Positions 1-10,256 of a stretch of DNA of 64,000 bases are shown piece by piece. The stretch spans positions 100,065 to 164,064 of the forward strand of contig CAWHVB010000001.1 of NCBI GenBank assembly GCA_963832715.1. The letters are read 5' to 3'. Positions within the stretch are counted from its first letter, which is position 1; each line of letters begins with the position of its first letter. Under the pieces are notes generated by a model, which did no database searches, had not been told where the DNA came from, and worked only from the letters and a program-made list of their open reading frames with translations. The DNA comes from an uncultured Ignavibacteria bacterium (GTDB lineage Bacteria; Bacteroidota; Ignavibacteria; Ignavibacteriales; Ignavibacteriaceae). The position numbers were made by a program, and so were the translations under genes.

Positions 1-1199
1 GCGGATCTGAAAACTCCATAAAAGCAATCCATTGGGCTGAAGGCAAAATGAAAGATCTGGGATTTGATAATGTTTGGCTGCAGCCGGTTATGGTACCGCA
101 TTGGGAGAGAGGTAAAGTTGAGGAAGCAGAGATTACCGGAGGCAAATATTCAGGAAGAAAGATAACAATCTGCGCCCTGGGAGGAAGTATCGGGACAAGT
201 AAAGAAGGGATTGCTGCCCCGGTTTTTGAAGTGGAAAGCCTGAATGAAATCGATTCTGTCAGAGAAAAAGTAAAAGGAAAAATTGTCTTCATAAATGAAC
301 CAATGGACGAAAGCCTTGTCAATACATTTCGGGGATATAGCAGGGCTGTCGGCATGCGAATGTTTGGGGCAGTTAAAGCTGCACAGTACGGAGCCGCAGC
401 AGTGATAATAAGATCTATAACAACCAAATTTGACAACGTTCCTCACACCGGAGTAATGTACTACAATGACACTATTCCAAAAATACCGGGAACGGCAGCA
501 GGTTATGAAGATTCAGACTTTCTGAGCAATACACTCAGAGAAAACCCCGGATTGAAATTAAGATTAAAGCTTAGCTGCAGGACACTGCCCGATGCTCAAT
601 CATATAACGTAATTGGTGAAATTAAAGGATCCGAATTCCCTCATGAAGTAATTGTAGTCGGCGGACACATTGACAGCTGGGATAAAGGAACGGGTGCGCA
701 CGATGACGGCGCCGGATGTGTTCAGTCGATGGAAGTGCTTGATTTACTCACACGGCTGAACCTGAAACCAAAACGAACTATCCGCTGCGTCCTTTTTATA
801 AATGAAGAGAATGGGTCGAGAGGTGCAGAAGCCTACGGCACTTATGCTGACACTGCGGATGAAATACATGTAGCAGCGATAGAGAGTGATGCCGGAGGAT
901 TTACCCCCCGCAGCTTTTCTGTATCTGCCGATTCCGCAGTAATTGCAAAATTAAAAGGATGGCTGCCGGTACTAAGGGTGTGCAATATAGAAGCTGTGGA
1001 AAAGGGCGGAAGCGGAGCAGATATAAGCGACATTAAAAATGCGAAAGCTCTTATTGGATACAATCCTGACAACCAGCGATATTTTAATTTCCATCACTCG
1101 GATAACGATGTAGCTGAGGCAGTTAACCCGAGGGAACTTGAACTCGGGTCTGCGGCAATTGCAGTACTTGCTTATATCATTAGTGAAGAAGGTTTGTAG
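1..1199 (+). CDS. M28 family zinc aminopeptidase, 5' end outside the window
   Basis: The frame is open from nt 3 (GSENSIKAIHWAEGK precedes the first Met at 48). It carries M28-style metal-ligand motifs GGHIDSWDKGTGAHDDGAGC and FINEENGSRG. Confidence 0.85.
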   Translation, partial: GSENSIKAIHWAEGKMKDLGFDNVWLQPVMVPHWERGKVEEAEITGGKYSGRKITICALGGSIGTSKEGIAAPVFEVESLNEIDSVREKVKGKIVFINEPMDESLVNTFRGYSRAVGMRMFGAVKAAQYGAAAVIIRSITTKFDNVPHTGVMYYNDTIPKIPGTAAGYEDSDFLSNTLRENPGLKLRLKLSCRTLPDAQSYNVIGEIKGSEFPHEVIVVGGHIDSWDKGTGAHDDGAGCVQSMEVLDLLTRLNLKPKRTIRCVLFINEENGSRGAEAYGTYADTADEIHVAAIESDAGGFTPRSFSVSADSAVIAKLKGWLPVLRVCNIEAVEKGGSGADISDIKNAKALIGYNPDNQRYFNFHHSDNDVAEAVNPRELELGSAAIAVLAYIISEEGL

Positions 1200-1577
1200 A
1201 AAATATTTTTGTGACTGGATGGGGGCATCGGGATTCGCAAAGACAGAGTCGGTGAGAACTGTGATTGCGCGCATGGGCTTATTAATTAAGTATAGGAAAT
1301 TAAATAACTTAAATTTAAGTTTATCTCAACAAATCAAAATGCAGCGCGTATAGAAACTTGTTAGAAGCTAAATAACCAGGCACAAGCGATTCAGGGTGTG
1401 TCAGGCGATTCCTTCAAAAAAATTAAAGCTTTTAATAAATGTTTATATGTGCTGCCTTTTTTATTTTAAACACAAGCCGGAGTAAATATGGAATATCTCA
1501 GTGAAGCCTGCTCTAATCCGTGCTACCAGGGCTTCAGAAAAGGGGGAATAAAAATCGCATCTCTTCTTCATTTCAAA

Positions 1578-2294
1578 ATGTTAGTGTTTTATATTTTAAT
1601 CCTTTTATCTCCATACAAAGTCTATGCACAGGAATTATCACCCGGAGATGAATTAAACTTCGGGACAAGTTTGCATGGACGCACTGCGTTAACCAAACCG
1701 GATGTTAATTTTGATTCAACGGAAACTTCGGTATTCGGAAATGTAGATTCTCTTTTCGGTGAGGTCCAGCCGAAGCTTCTTCCCGAGCATATGAGCTTTA
1801 TGGAAAAATTACTGTGGGGCGAGAACGGGCTTACACGAGAGACCGGTCTGGTTAATCCGCTTTCACCCGAAGAGCGCGGGTACGAACTCAGCATAAGACG
1901 TTCGATGCTTACAGCGCACCAGATCGGCGGTTTTACCACACTTGCTTTGATGCTCACAGCTGACTATTTCGGCCAGAGGGTAATTGACGGGCACAGACGG
2001 TCCGGTGATACTCACCAGACCTTTGTTGCAGCCACTATTATCTCTTACTCTTTAACTGCCCTGCTTGCCGTACTTTCCCCACCGCCTCTTATACGCAGGG
2101 ACGAGGAAAGTACAACATCTATCCATAAAACTCTTGCGTGGGTCCACGCAGCAGGAATGATAGCTACTCCTATCCTGGGAGGGATGATAGGAGGAAGGAG
2201 GCACTTCAACATCAGCAAAGCCCATTTCCATCAGATCGCAGCGTATATCACAACAGCCGTATTTGCATCAGCAATGATTGTAGTAACATTTTAA
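1578..2294 (+). CDS. hypothetical membrane protein with N-terminal signal sequence
   Basis: ORF 1488..2294. The internal ATG at 1578 gives a signal-like MLVFYILILLSPYKVYAQ. There are several hydrophobic segments in the C-terminal half and no family was recognised. Confidence 0.5.
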   Translation: MLVFYILILLSPYKVYAQELSPGDELNFGTSLHGRTALTKPDVNFDSTETSVFGNVDSLFGEVQPKLLPEHMSFMEKLLWGENGLTRETGLVNPLSPEERGYELSIRRSMLTAHQIGGFTTLALMLTADYFGQRVIDGHRRSGDTHQTFVAATIISYSLTALLAVLSPPPLIRRDEESTTSIHKTLAWVHAAGMIATPILGGMIGGRRHFNISKAHFHQIAAYITTAVFASAMIVVTF

Positions 2295-2305
2295 CAGGTG
2301 GAATA

Positions 2306-2866
2306 ATGAAAATAAAAACAGGATTACTTTTAATTCTTGTACTCTCGTTCACCCTCACTTTACCAGCCCAGCCTGAAAAGTACCAGGCTGATAAGGAAGA
2401 GTCATTTATAACATATCGGCTCACTCATCCGCTTCACGAGGTTGAAGCTACCAGTCATGAATCATTATGTCTTATATACGCAGATGCTTCAAAACACGAA
2501 ATTCTTAATGTCCTGGTCCAGGTACCTGTTTCAACTTTCGACAGCGGCAATTCGAACAGGGATTCTCACGCGATGGAAGTTATAGATGCCATTTCGATAC
2601 CGACAGCTAAATTCGTAAGCACAAAAGTGGAACAGGAAGGAGACAGTCTGAATGTTTACGGTAAACTAACTTTCCATGGAGTGACAAAAGATATAATAAT
2701 AAAGGCATTTACCAACTGGTATGGAGATAGTCTGATAGTGAATGGGAAATTTGATATAAGCCTTACAGCTTTTAAAGTAGACAGGCCGTCTCTGCTTTTA
2801 ATCCCTGTAAACGACACACTTAAGTTTACCATCAAACAGGTTTTTGATTTAAGGTCACCTTCTTAA
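2306..2866 (+). CDS. YceI-like periplasmic (polyisoprenoid-binding) protein
   Basis: The internal ATG at 2306 of ORF 2138..2866 gives signal peptide MKIKTGLLLILVLSFTLTLPAQ. Size and the GKLTFHGVTKDI / FDSGNSNRDSH motifs fit the YceI family. Confidence 0.7.
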   Translation: MKIKTGLLLILVLSFTLTLPAQPEKYQADKEESFITYRLTHPLHEVEATSHESLCLIYADASKHEILNVLVQVPVSTFDSGNSNRDSHAMEVIDAISIPTAKFVSTKVEQEGDSLNVYGKLTFHGVTKDIIIKAFTNWYGDSLIVNGKFDISLTAFKVDRPSLLLIPVNDTLKFTIKQVFDLRSPS

Positions 2867-2903
2867 AACATTAAACAGATTCAGGCTAGTTTAACTACTT
2901 CTT

Positions 2904-3236
2904 GCGGACATAGGGACTCGCAAAAGGCAGAAGCAGAAAGTGTTTACGCATACGTGGGATTAGGAAGCGATTCAGCGAATCACTTTACAAGTGTGTGAGC
3001 GATTCAGCGAATCGATTTGCAAGGTGTACCAGCTATTCAGCGATCCTGGGCAGTGAAGAAGGATTGTAGGAAATATTTTTATGTCTGAATGCGGACATAG
3101 GGATTCGCTGAGACAGAAGCAGAAATTTTTTACGCATATGTGAGCTTAGGAAGCGATTCAGCGAATCGCTTTACAGGTGTGTGAGCGATTCGGCGAATCG
3201 CTTTACAGGTTCAGCGAACTGCCTGCCTGTGAGATA
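2904..3236. repeat. tandem duplication of a ~187-nt intergenic unit carrying four hairpin+TTTACAGG modules
   Basis: Copy 1 spans 2904-3090 and copy 2 spans 3091 to about 3236; both open with GCGGACATAGGGAYTCGC. The clearest hairpins are GCGATTC-AGC-GAATCGC at 3153-3169 and GCGATTC-GGC-GAATCGC at 3185-3201, each followed by TTTACAGG. Degraded versions sit at 2967-2983 and 2999-3015. Confidence 0.85.
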
Positions 3237-3490
3237 ATTCATGCTGCCTTAACCTTTCTCTCTTTCATTCTAGCTGTAAATATCAAACCTGCAGACAATA
3301 TTCCGGAGACGAAAAGTCCCAGGTCCTCTTTATTAAATTGAATTGTTATAGGATTTAAAAATTCCGAGAAACTGCTCTGCTGTAAAGGGCATCTCTCCCC
3401 TCCTTCATTTTATCAGTTTATTAAAATTAAGTCTTTTCCTATAAAATTTCCAGATTAAGGGAGTTTGAATACTATTACGTGAGAGTCTTT

Positions 3491-3530
3491 GCAAAAAAAA
3501 AGCATACCGTAATTACCGGTATGCTTTTTA
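3491..3530 (-). terminator. intrinsic terminator (bidirectional shape) downstream of 3549..3986
   Basis: Stem AGCATACCG/CGGTATGCT at 3501-3525, flanked by A8 on one side and T-rich sequence on the other. On the minus strand the stem is followed by T9. Confidence 0.7.
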
Positions 3531-3548
3531 TTTCTACTCAATCAGATA

Positions 3549-3986
3549 TTATTTATTCTCATTTTTATTCATTTGGGGGGTAGTTGAACTGCCGGATAAT
3601 TGCTGTTTTGTAGTTGCCCACCACTGAGTCTTAATATTATCAAATTTGGATTTCTGATTTGAAGTCAGAACATTCTCTATCTTATCCATCGTATCATCTT
3701 TGCTTGCCGTTGCAGCTGCATTCTTCGAGTTATCTTTATAATCCTGCAGAATACCTTCAACACGCCGTGTCTGTTCAAGACTTAAATCAACCTGAGTTTT
3801 CAGTTTAGAAGCGGCATCGCTTACGTCTTTGTCGTATTTAGCATTTTGATAAGCGCTATTCCGCTGTTTATCCATTTTGTTATGGGTCCGTGTACTATCA
3901 GTCTGCGAATATGCCGTACCTGTTAAAAACACAAGCATTACAGCCAGTACAAGGGTACTAAACAATCTACTCATAATCCTATTCAT
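3549..3986 (-). CDS. secreted Spy/CpxP-like (LTXXQ-type) small periplasmic protein
   Basis: Signal peptide MNRIMSRLFSTLVLAVMLVFLTGTAYSQ. LSLEQ and LTSNQ motifs lie in predicted helical, charged sequence. It resembles 9764..10114. Confidence 0.55.
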   Translation of the reverse strand: MNRIMSRLFSTLVLAVMLVFLTGTAYSQTDSTRTHNKMDKQRNSAYQNAKYDKDVSDAASKLKTQVDLSLEQTRRVEGILQDYKDNSKNAAATASKDDTMDKIENVLTSNQKSKFDNIKTQWWATTKQQLSGSSTTPQMNKNENK

Positions 3987-4121
3987 CGTTGCTCCTTTAA
4001 TTAAGTTTATATTTATAAGTTACAGTACAAACCTACAGATAATATTTTTTGAGCACAGTAAAATAAATCACTCAGAAGGATCATCTGCGGGCATTTTGTC
4101 ATTAATCATAAGCAACGGATT

Positions 4122-4928
4122 TTAACCTTGTTTATAGTACTTCATCGCTTCCGGCATTTCGGCCCGGATATCATTTATCCTGGTCTGGTTAGCCGGATGA
4201 TCGCTTAAAAATACAGGTGGAGAGCCCTGACTCTGCTGCTGCATCCTCTGCCAGAAGTCCAATGCTCCGGGAGGATCATAACCTGCCATCGCCATAAATA
4301 TCAGGCCGAGATGATCAGCTTCACTTTCTTGTGTCCTGCTGAACGGAAGCAGAACGCCGACCTCTGCCCCTACGCCATAAGCGGCCATCCATAACTGCTG
4401 TGTCTGCTGGGGCTTGTCTTTTAAGGCCTGTGAAAGAGCTATTCCGCCCAATTGTGCAATAAGTGCCTGGCTCATACGTTCGTCGCCATGATGCGCCACA
4501 GCGTGAGCGATTTCGTGACCAAGCACAACCGCAAGTCCGTTTGCATCCTTTGTAATGGGAAGAATGCCTGTATAGACCACGATCTTTCCCCCAGGCATAC
4601 ACCACGCATTGGCTTCCGAATCAACAACCAGGTGATACTCCCATTTGTAGTTTTTTACCTGGTCTGACAATCCGTTCTGCCTCATATATTGTTCAACAGC
4701 AGCGGCAATTTTGCTTCCCACCTGAGTCACGAGGGCTACCTGCTGCGGGTTATTGCTTTCCTGGTGCTCTTTCAAAAACTGGTCATATTGACTGAAACTC
4801 ATAGAAAGCATCTCGCTTTCAGGAATCAGCTTCAACTGCTTTCTTCCAGTGATCGGCACTGAACTGCAGGATACGAAAAAGAAAGAAAATACAGTGAGGT
4901 ATATAAAATAGAATTTAAATTTTTTCAT
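4122..4928 (-). CDS. M48 family zinc metallopeptidase lipoprotein
   Basis: Lipobox FFFVSC, HEIAHAVAHH (HExxH) and a downstream ESEADHLG third-ligand region. Confidence 0.85.
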   Translation of the reverse strand: MKKFKFYFIYLTVFSFFFVSCSSVPITGRKQLKLIPESEMLSMSFSQYDQFLKEHQESNNPQQVALVTQVGSKIAAAVEQYMRQNGLSDQVKNYKWEYHLVVDSEANAWCMPGGKIVVYTGILPITKDANGLAVVLGHEIAHAVAHHGDERMSQALIAQLGGIALSQALKDKPQQTQQLWMAAYGVGAEVGVLLPFSRTQESEADHLGLIFMAMAGYDPPGALDFWQRMQQQSQGSPPVFLSDHPANQTRINDIRAEMPEAMKYYKQG

Positions 4929-5106
4929 ACTGCGCTATCTCTTTGTAATTATTATAATTAGGAAGTTATGAAACTAAATTTACGCATTATATGACGGCAG
5001 ACAAACGGTTTGGCGGTGCAGACCCGGATAAAGCGAGGAGTAATGGATTTTTGAAATGGTGACGAATCTACCTGCCTGACGGCAGGCAGTTCCGTTCTCA
5101 TAAGTG

Positions 5107-6432
5107 TTAGTATTTTCCTATTGCATTCCGCAGAGTATATTGGGCAATCAGGTATTTGTACTCGTTATTAATCTTATTGTATTCTGCCTGCAGATAATTG
5201 TTATAAGCCTGCTGAAGGTCCAGATAAGTAGCTGAACCGAGACTGTAAGTTTCTTTTTTTATCTTCCAGCTTTCTCTCGAAGCTGTTAAGGCTGCATCCG
5301 ATGCTTCCAGCTGCTGTTTAGCTGTCTGAAGATCAAGGTTTGCGGAGGCTACCTGGCTTTTTATAGTCAGCTCAAGATTTTTCAAATCTTCATTTGTATT
5401 CTCAAGCTGAACCTCTGCAAGCTGTACAGAGTTTTCAGTGTTGAAGTTTGAAAATACCGGGAGGTTTAGTGACAATCCCAGGCTATACACTTTCCTGTTG
5501 AACAGGTCGGAAGGCTGCACTGCACTTGAAGAAAAACCATAATTCGCAGATAACCTGGGGAAATAGCCGCTTCGTGCTATGGTCATTTGGTTCTCAGCAC
5601 TTTGCTCTTCATATTTCATACTCTGATAGTCCTGCCTGTTATTAAAAGCATACTCATAAAGACTTTCGGGCTGGCTATTGATCAGGGTGCTGTCATCTAT
5701 TCCTGCTGCAGTTGTATCAAATATAAATGGTTTGGAAGCATCAAGAGAAAGGTATGTGAGAAGATTGATCCTGGATTTCTCAAGATTATTCTTTGCCTGC
5801 AGGTAAGCGACCCGGGAGTTTGCAGTTTGAGCTTCCTGAGAATAAACATCACTAACAGACACCATTTTAAGGTTAAACATCTGCCTGACACGTTCAAGGA
5901 GTCCCTTATTGTAATTCAGGTCTTCGTCCTGGAAATCCATAAGCTTTGTATTGCTTATAATCTGGGTGTAGAGATTTACAGTCTGAAGTATCACATCCTG
6001 TTTGAGTTTCTCAAGAGAGAATTTAGCTGCTTCAAGATTGTTTTTACTCTGACTTATACCCGCATAATTTGATAATCCGTCAAACAGAGTTACACTTCCT
6101 CCTGCCGAAACCGACCAATTCCTTGAATCGGTCTGAGAAGGTCCGATTGTCTGCAGGTTTCCAAAGTAATCTATTTGTTTTGCACCGCCGTTATCAGTAA
6201 CGCGCTGCCATCCGAATCCGCCGCTGACACTGAGGTTCGGAAGAAGATTACCGTAAGCGCTTTTCACATTCGACTCATAACCGGCAATAGATCCGGACGA
6301 TTTAACCACTGCGGTATTATGGTTGAGTGCAATAGTAACGGCATCCCGGAGGGAAAGTTTCTGCTGGGCACAGGTAATACCGGCAGCATAAAACAATGTA
6401 AGAGCGATAATAAGATTTAATGTTTTTTTCAT
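5107..6432 (-). CDS. TolC-family outer membrane efflux protein
   Basis: 441 aa with a signal peptide and two-fold repeat architecture with LxxA/NNxxL helices typical of OEP/TolC. It is the last gene of an efflux operon. Confidence 0.85.
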   Translation of the reverse strand: MKKTLNLIIALTLFYAAGITCAQQKLSLRDAVTIALNHNTAVVKSSGSIAGYESNVKSAYGNLLPNLSVSGGFGWQRVTDNGGAKQIDYFGNLQTIGPSQTDSRNWSVSAGGSVTLFDGLSNYAGISQSKNNLEAAKFSLEKLKQDVILQTVNLYTQIISNTKLMDFQDEDLNYNKGLLERVRQMFNLKMVSVSDVYSQEAQTANSRVAYLQAKNNLEKSRINLLTYLSLDASKPFIFDTTAAGIDDSTLINSQPESLYEYAFNNRQDYQSMKYEEQSAENQMTIARSGYFPRLSANYGFSSSAVQPSDLFNRKVYSLGLSLNLPVFSNFNTENSVQLAEVQLENTNEDLKNLELTIKSQVASANLDLQTAKQQLEASDAALTASRESWKIKKETYSLGSATYLDLQQAYNNYLQAEYNKINNEYKYLIAQYTLRNAIGKY

Positions 6433-6456
6433 TTTCGATATCGTTGTATTTAATGT

Positions 6457-7674
6457 TTATTCGTACCTTAATGCATCTATGGGATTAAGGTTCGCCGCTT
6501 TCCTTGCAGGATAGAATCCGAAGAACACTCCTATTACGGCAGAGAAACTGACAGCGATTGCAACAATCTCAGGATTGATAACAGCTATCATTCCTGTATA
6601 GGCATTCAATATGAAAACAACCCCGAACGAAAGAAGTACCCCGATTAATCCCCCGGCAAAACTTAATACTATAGCCTCGGTCAAAAACTGGATAAGCACA
6701 TCTGAAGTACGGGCTCCGACAGAGAGCCTGATACCAATCTCCCGTGTTCTTTCTGTAACTGAGACAAGCATAATATTCATTATACCGATGCCGCCGACAA
6801 GCAGAGATACTCCTGCAACTGAAGCTAGCAGAATTGTCAGTATTTTCGATGTCTCTGTTGCAGCCTCTGTTATCTCAGCCTGATTCCTGACTGTAAAATC
6901 ATCATCCTCACCGGGATTGAGATGGTGTGCCTCACGCATAATAGTTGTAAGCTGCTGCTGTGCAGCATCTATCTGATCGGTGGAAACTGCACTTGCCTGG
7001 ATGTAATTGATATAAATACCGCCGACGAGCCTGTCGAGGACAGTAGTTGCCGGAGCGAATATAATATCATCCTGGTCGGACCCCATTGCACTCTGACCCT
7101 TTGCGGTAAGAACACCGATAACCCTGAACGGCACATTGCGGATCCTGATCTGCTGCCCGATAGGGTCTTCATCGGGAAATAATTGTTTGGCAACCGTCTG
7201 ACCAAGAACAGCAACTTTGGCTCTTGAGATCATATCTTTATCTGTAAAGAATTCACCCGAAGCAAGGGACCAATCTCTAATCTCAAGGAAATTGACTGAT
7301 ACTCCCTGTATCTGAGTACTCCAGTTTCCCACACCGCCGATTACCTGACCTCCTGTCCTTACGATCGGGGTTACGGCTTTGATCAGAGTTGCTTCATCCT
7401 GAATCCTTTTTACGTCTTCCATTGTAAAGCGGTTGATACTTCCAGCACCCATACGTATACCGCCTGAAGAGGCTGAGCCGGGAAAAATTATAATGAGGTT
7501 GGAGCCAAGTGACGATATCTGCTGTTCCACCTGTATCTGCGCACCATCTCCTAAAGCAACCATCACAACAACAGCAGCAACACCGATTATTATTCCAAGT
7601 GCGGTCAGGAGACTACGCATTCTTGATTTCAGAATGCTCTTAATAGCGACCTTTAACAAATTCTTTATATGCAT
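6457..7674 (-). CDS. ABC transporter permease, MacB/FtsX type
   Basis: N-terminal TM segment, large periplasmic domain, and a C-terminal FtsX-like 3-TM block ending NPIDALRYE. Confidence 0.85.
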   Translation of the reverse strand: MHIKNLLKVAIKSILKSRMRSLLTALGIIIGVAAVVVMVALGDGAQIQVEQQISSLGSNLIIIFPGSASSGGIRMGAGSINRFTMEDVKRIQDEATLIKAVTPIVRTGGQVIGGVGNWSTQIQGVSVNFLEIRDWSLASGEFFTDKDMISRAKVAVLGQTVAKQLFPDEDPIGQQIRIRNVPFRVIGVLTAKGQSAMGSDQDDIIFAPATTVLDRLVGGIYINYIQASAVSTDQIDAAQQQLTTIMREAHHLNPGEDDDFTVRNQAEITEAATETSKILTILLASVAGVSLLVGGIGIMNIMLVSVTERTREIGIRLSVGARTSDVLIQFLTEAIVLSFAGGLIGVLLSFGVVFILNAYTGMIAVINPEIVAIAVSFSAVIGVFFGFYPARKAANLNPIDALRYE

Positions 7675-7686
7675 TTTTATTAAACC

Positions 7687-8454
7687 TTAGTTTTCATCGA
7701 AGACTGTCTCTTCTATTTTTCTGAGCTCTTCTTCACCGATCAGCCTGTCTTTAATGATAGAATCACGGATCACCCTGCCGTCTTTCAACTCAACTATTCT
7801 TTTAGCAAACTTTGCAAAATCCCTTTCATGGGTAACAAGCACGATAGTGATGCCTTCATCGTTCAGTTTCTGAAACAGCGAAAAGACCTCTACCGACATC
7901 CGGCTGTCGAGATTTCCGGTAGGTTCATCTGCAAGTATAAGTGATGGTTCATTAACCAGGGCCCGTGCTATGGCTACCCGCTGCTGCTGTCCCCCCGATA
8001 ATTGGTTTGGCTCATGATCCAGCCTGTCTCCCAGGCCCACTCTCTCAAGCACTTCAATAGCTTTCTTAGCAGGGTCCTTTATACGCTCATACCTGTCGTA
8101 CATCAAAGGGAGCTCCACATTTTCCAAAGCTGAGGTCCTTGAAAGAAGATTAAAACCCTGGAATACAAATCCGATTTTCTGGTTCCTGATCTTTGCATAA
8201 TCATTTTTGGAGAGAGTCCCGGTATTTACGCCGTCGAGCAAATATTCTCCTGAAGTAGGGGTATCAAGACAGCCGATCATATTCATAAGAGTTGATTTTC
8301 CTGATCCGGAAGATCCCATAATAGCAACGAATTCACCTTCATCAATTGTCAGATCGACAGATCTCAGTGCGTGAACTTCTACTTCACCTATCGTGTACGT
8401 TTTGGCAAGTGCGGTTATTTTTATAATATTTTTTTTCGCATCTGTCTGCATCAT
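7687..8454 (-). CDS. ABC transporter ATP-binding protein (MacB/LolD class)
   Basis: Walker [10 protein letters not shown], signature [15 protein letters not shown], Walker [12 protein letters not shown]. Confidence 0.9.
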   Translation of the reverse strand: MMQTDAKKNIIKITALAKTYTIGEVEVHALRSVDLTIDEGEFVAIMGSSGSGKSTLMNMIGCLDTPTSGEYLLDGVNTGTLSKNDYAKIRNQKIGFVFQGFNLLSRTSALENVELPLMYDRYERIKDPAKKAIEVLERVGLGDRLDHEPNQLSGGQQQRVAIARALVNEPSLILADEPTGNLDSRMSVEVFSLFQKLNDEGITIVLVTHERDFAKFAKRIVELKDGRVIRDSIIKDRLIGEEELRKIEETVFDEN

Positions 8455-9725
8455 AAACCTCTTCTGATTCCTCTCGACATACTTCTGTTCGGCGTCAGTA
8501 TATTTGAATTTGTAGTCTGGGTTTCCCCGGCAGTTTCAAGTCCTGTAATAACCTGCATACCGTCCTCAGCATTCCTGCTCCTTACGACCTCTGTATTTTT
8601 CCCGTCGGTCAATCCAAGCACAGCAAATCCCATCTCGGGGCTGCCATTTGCATTGATAAACCAGAAAGAGCCTCTTGATTTACTTCCACGCCCCGGGCTT
8701 CCAGGCGTCTGCTCCCTGCCCCCTGCGCGTGATTGAAATTTTTGCTTAACGCTGTCCGGCAGATTTTCCTGCGACTTCTTCATCTGCGCGGTAAAATCAG
8801 ATACCATTTTTTCTGTCGGCTGAAACCTTAGTGCAGCATTAGGGATCATCAGAACATTATTCCTCTGTTCAACATAAAAGTCTATGGTGGCGGTCATCCC
8901 GGGAAGAAGCTGACCGTCGTTGTTATCGGCATTTACCACAACCACATAATTTACAACGTTTGAGACGACAGTAGAGCCCAGCCGGATCTGAACCACTTTT
9001 CCGGTAAATTCTTTTTCAGGATAGGCCTGAACATTAAATTTAGCATCCTGGCCTACCTTGATCTGCCCGATATCGCTCTCATCCACATCAGCAAGGATCT
9101 GCATTTTAGAAAGATCTTCTGCTATCGTGAAAAGCGTAGGTGCAGAAAGGCTTGCCGCAACAGTCTGTCCTTCTTCCACATTCCTGTTAATTATCTTTCC
9201 TTTAATAGGCGAATAAATAAATGCATATCCAAGATTTGTTTTTGCCTGTGCAAGAGATGTTTGTGCAGATGTGAGGGTTGCTTTTGCAGTAAGATAATTC
9301 GACTTTGATGTGACATAATCCAGCTGGGAGAGATAACCCTTATCGAATAATGACTGATCCCTGTCGAACTGGGCTTTCGAGATGTCGTACTGTGCCTGCG
9401 CCTTCTCAAGTCCTGCCTCGGAATTTCTAACCTGCAGGGCAAGGTTTGTAGTATCCAGAATTGCCAGCAGCTGGCCTTTCTTTACATTAGCATTAAAATC
9501 GACGAGTATTCTGTCGATCTTTCCGGAAACCTGTGTACCCACATCTACAGTCGTAACCGCCTGCAAGGTACCTGTACTCGTTATTGTGGTACTCAGATCA
9601 CCTTTTGTGATCCTGCCGAATATAAATTTATTTGTATTGGCACTGCTGCTGTTAAAAAAGACGAAATATATGATTATAACAACGACTGCCAATAATGAAA
9701 CGGGTATTAAAACTTTCTTTTTCAT
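8451..9725 (-). CDS. efflux periplasmic adaptor (MacA/HlyD family)
   Basis: N-terminal TM segment, coiled-coil hairpin region and beta-barrel region. It overlaps the ATPase gene by 4 nt. Confidence 0.8.
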   Translation of the reverse strand: MKKKVLIPVSLLAVVVIIIYFVFFNSSSANTNKFIFGRITKGDLSTTITSTGTLQAVTTVDVGTQVSGKIDRILVDFNANVKKGQLLAILDTTNLALQVRNSEAGLEKAQAQYDISKAQFDRDQSLFDKGYLSQLDYVTSKSNYLTAKATLTSAQTSLAQAKTNLGYAFIYSPIKGKIINRNVEEGQTVAASLSAPTLFTIAEDLSKMQILADVDESDIGQIKVGQDAKFNVQAYPEKEFTGKVVQIRLGSTVVSNVVNYVVVVNADNNDGQLLPGMTATIDFYVEQRNNVLMIPNAALRFQPTEKMVSDFTAQMKKSQENLPDSVKQKFQSRAGGREQTPGSPGRGSKSRGSFWFINANGSPEMGFAVLGLTDGKNTEVVRSRNAEDGMQVITGLETAGETQTTNSNILTPNRSMSRGIRRGL

Positions 9726-9763
9726 TTAGATTTCTCAAACGGAATTAATTATCACTGGTTAAA

Positions 9764-10114
9764 TTATTGTTGGTTTCTATTATTCGGTGCTGATCTTCGC
9801 ATGGACCTTCTTTCTTCAAGCATTTTATTAAATTCAGTTTTCTGATTCTCAGTAAGTATATCAAGAATGGCTTTATTCGAATCATCCCTTATTTTTCTAA
9901 ATTGTTCTCTGTCAGGATTATCACCTGCCCTAAGCTTCTGAATCTTATCACTGGAAGATGTAAGTATCTGCTCAACTTTGGCGGTTTGCTCATCGGTCAA
10001 ACTGAGTCTTGCTTTTAAATTTTTAGCTCTTTCCCGGGGTGTCAGCCTTTGCTGAGCATTAACTGCCGCCGTCAGCAGCAGCAAGGCAGCTGCCAAAAAG
10101 ATCATTTTTTTCAT
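9764..10114 (-). CDS. Spy/CpxP-like LTXXQ periplasmic protein
   Basis: Signal peptide MKKMIFLAAALLLLTAAVNAQ with LSLTDEQ and LTENQ motifs. It is the first gene of the efflux operon. Confidence 0.6.
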   Translation of the reverse strand: MKKMIFLAAALLLLTAAVNAQQRLTPRERAKNLKARLSLTDEQTAKVEQILTSSSDKIQKLRAGDNPDREQFRKIRDDSNKAILDILTENQKTEFNKMLEERRSMRRSAPNNRNQQ

Positions 10115-10256
10115 TTTTTATCCTTATTACTTAATTCATAACCAGAGTTAGACAATCCGGTTAATCTGTTGGTTTAATCTTCAACGTCAGGTCTTTTTAA
10201 TGCCCTTTTTACTATTTTATCAGGAAAAGATTTCTTAAAGTTAAAACGCAATTAAA

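Noticed and set aside
1308-1321. A perfect 14-nt palindrome ACTTAAATTTAAGT in the intergenic region after the M28 peptidase gene.
   Set aside because: It is AT-only, short and unique in the window. Such palindromes arise by chance in AT-rich spacers, and there is no supporting context.
5587-6072. Long antisense ORFs opposite well-supported genes (5587..6072 opposite tolC; also 55615..56013 and 56287..56763 opposite kdpB, and 15082..15477 opposite the RR/HK genes).
   Set aside because: Their translations are low-complexity or hydrophobic mirror images with no motifs. They fully overlap genes with strong family signatures, so they are shadow ORFs.
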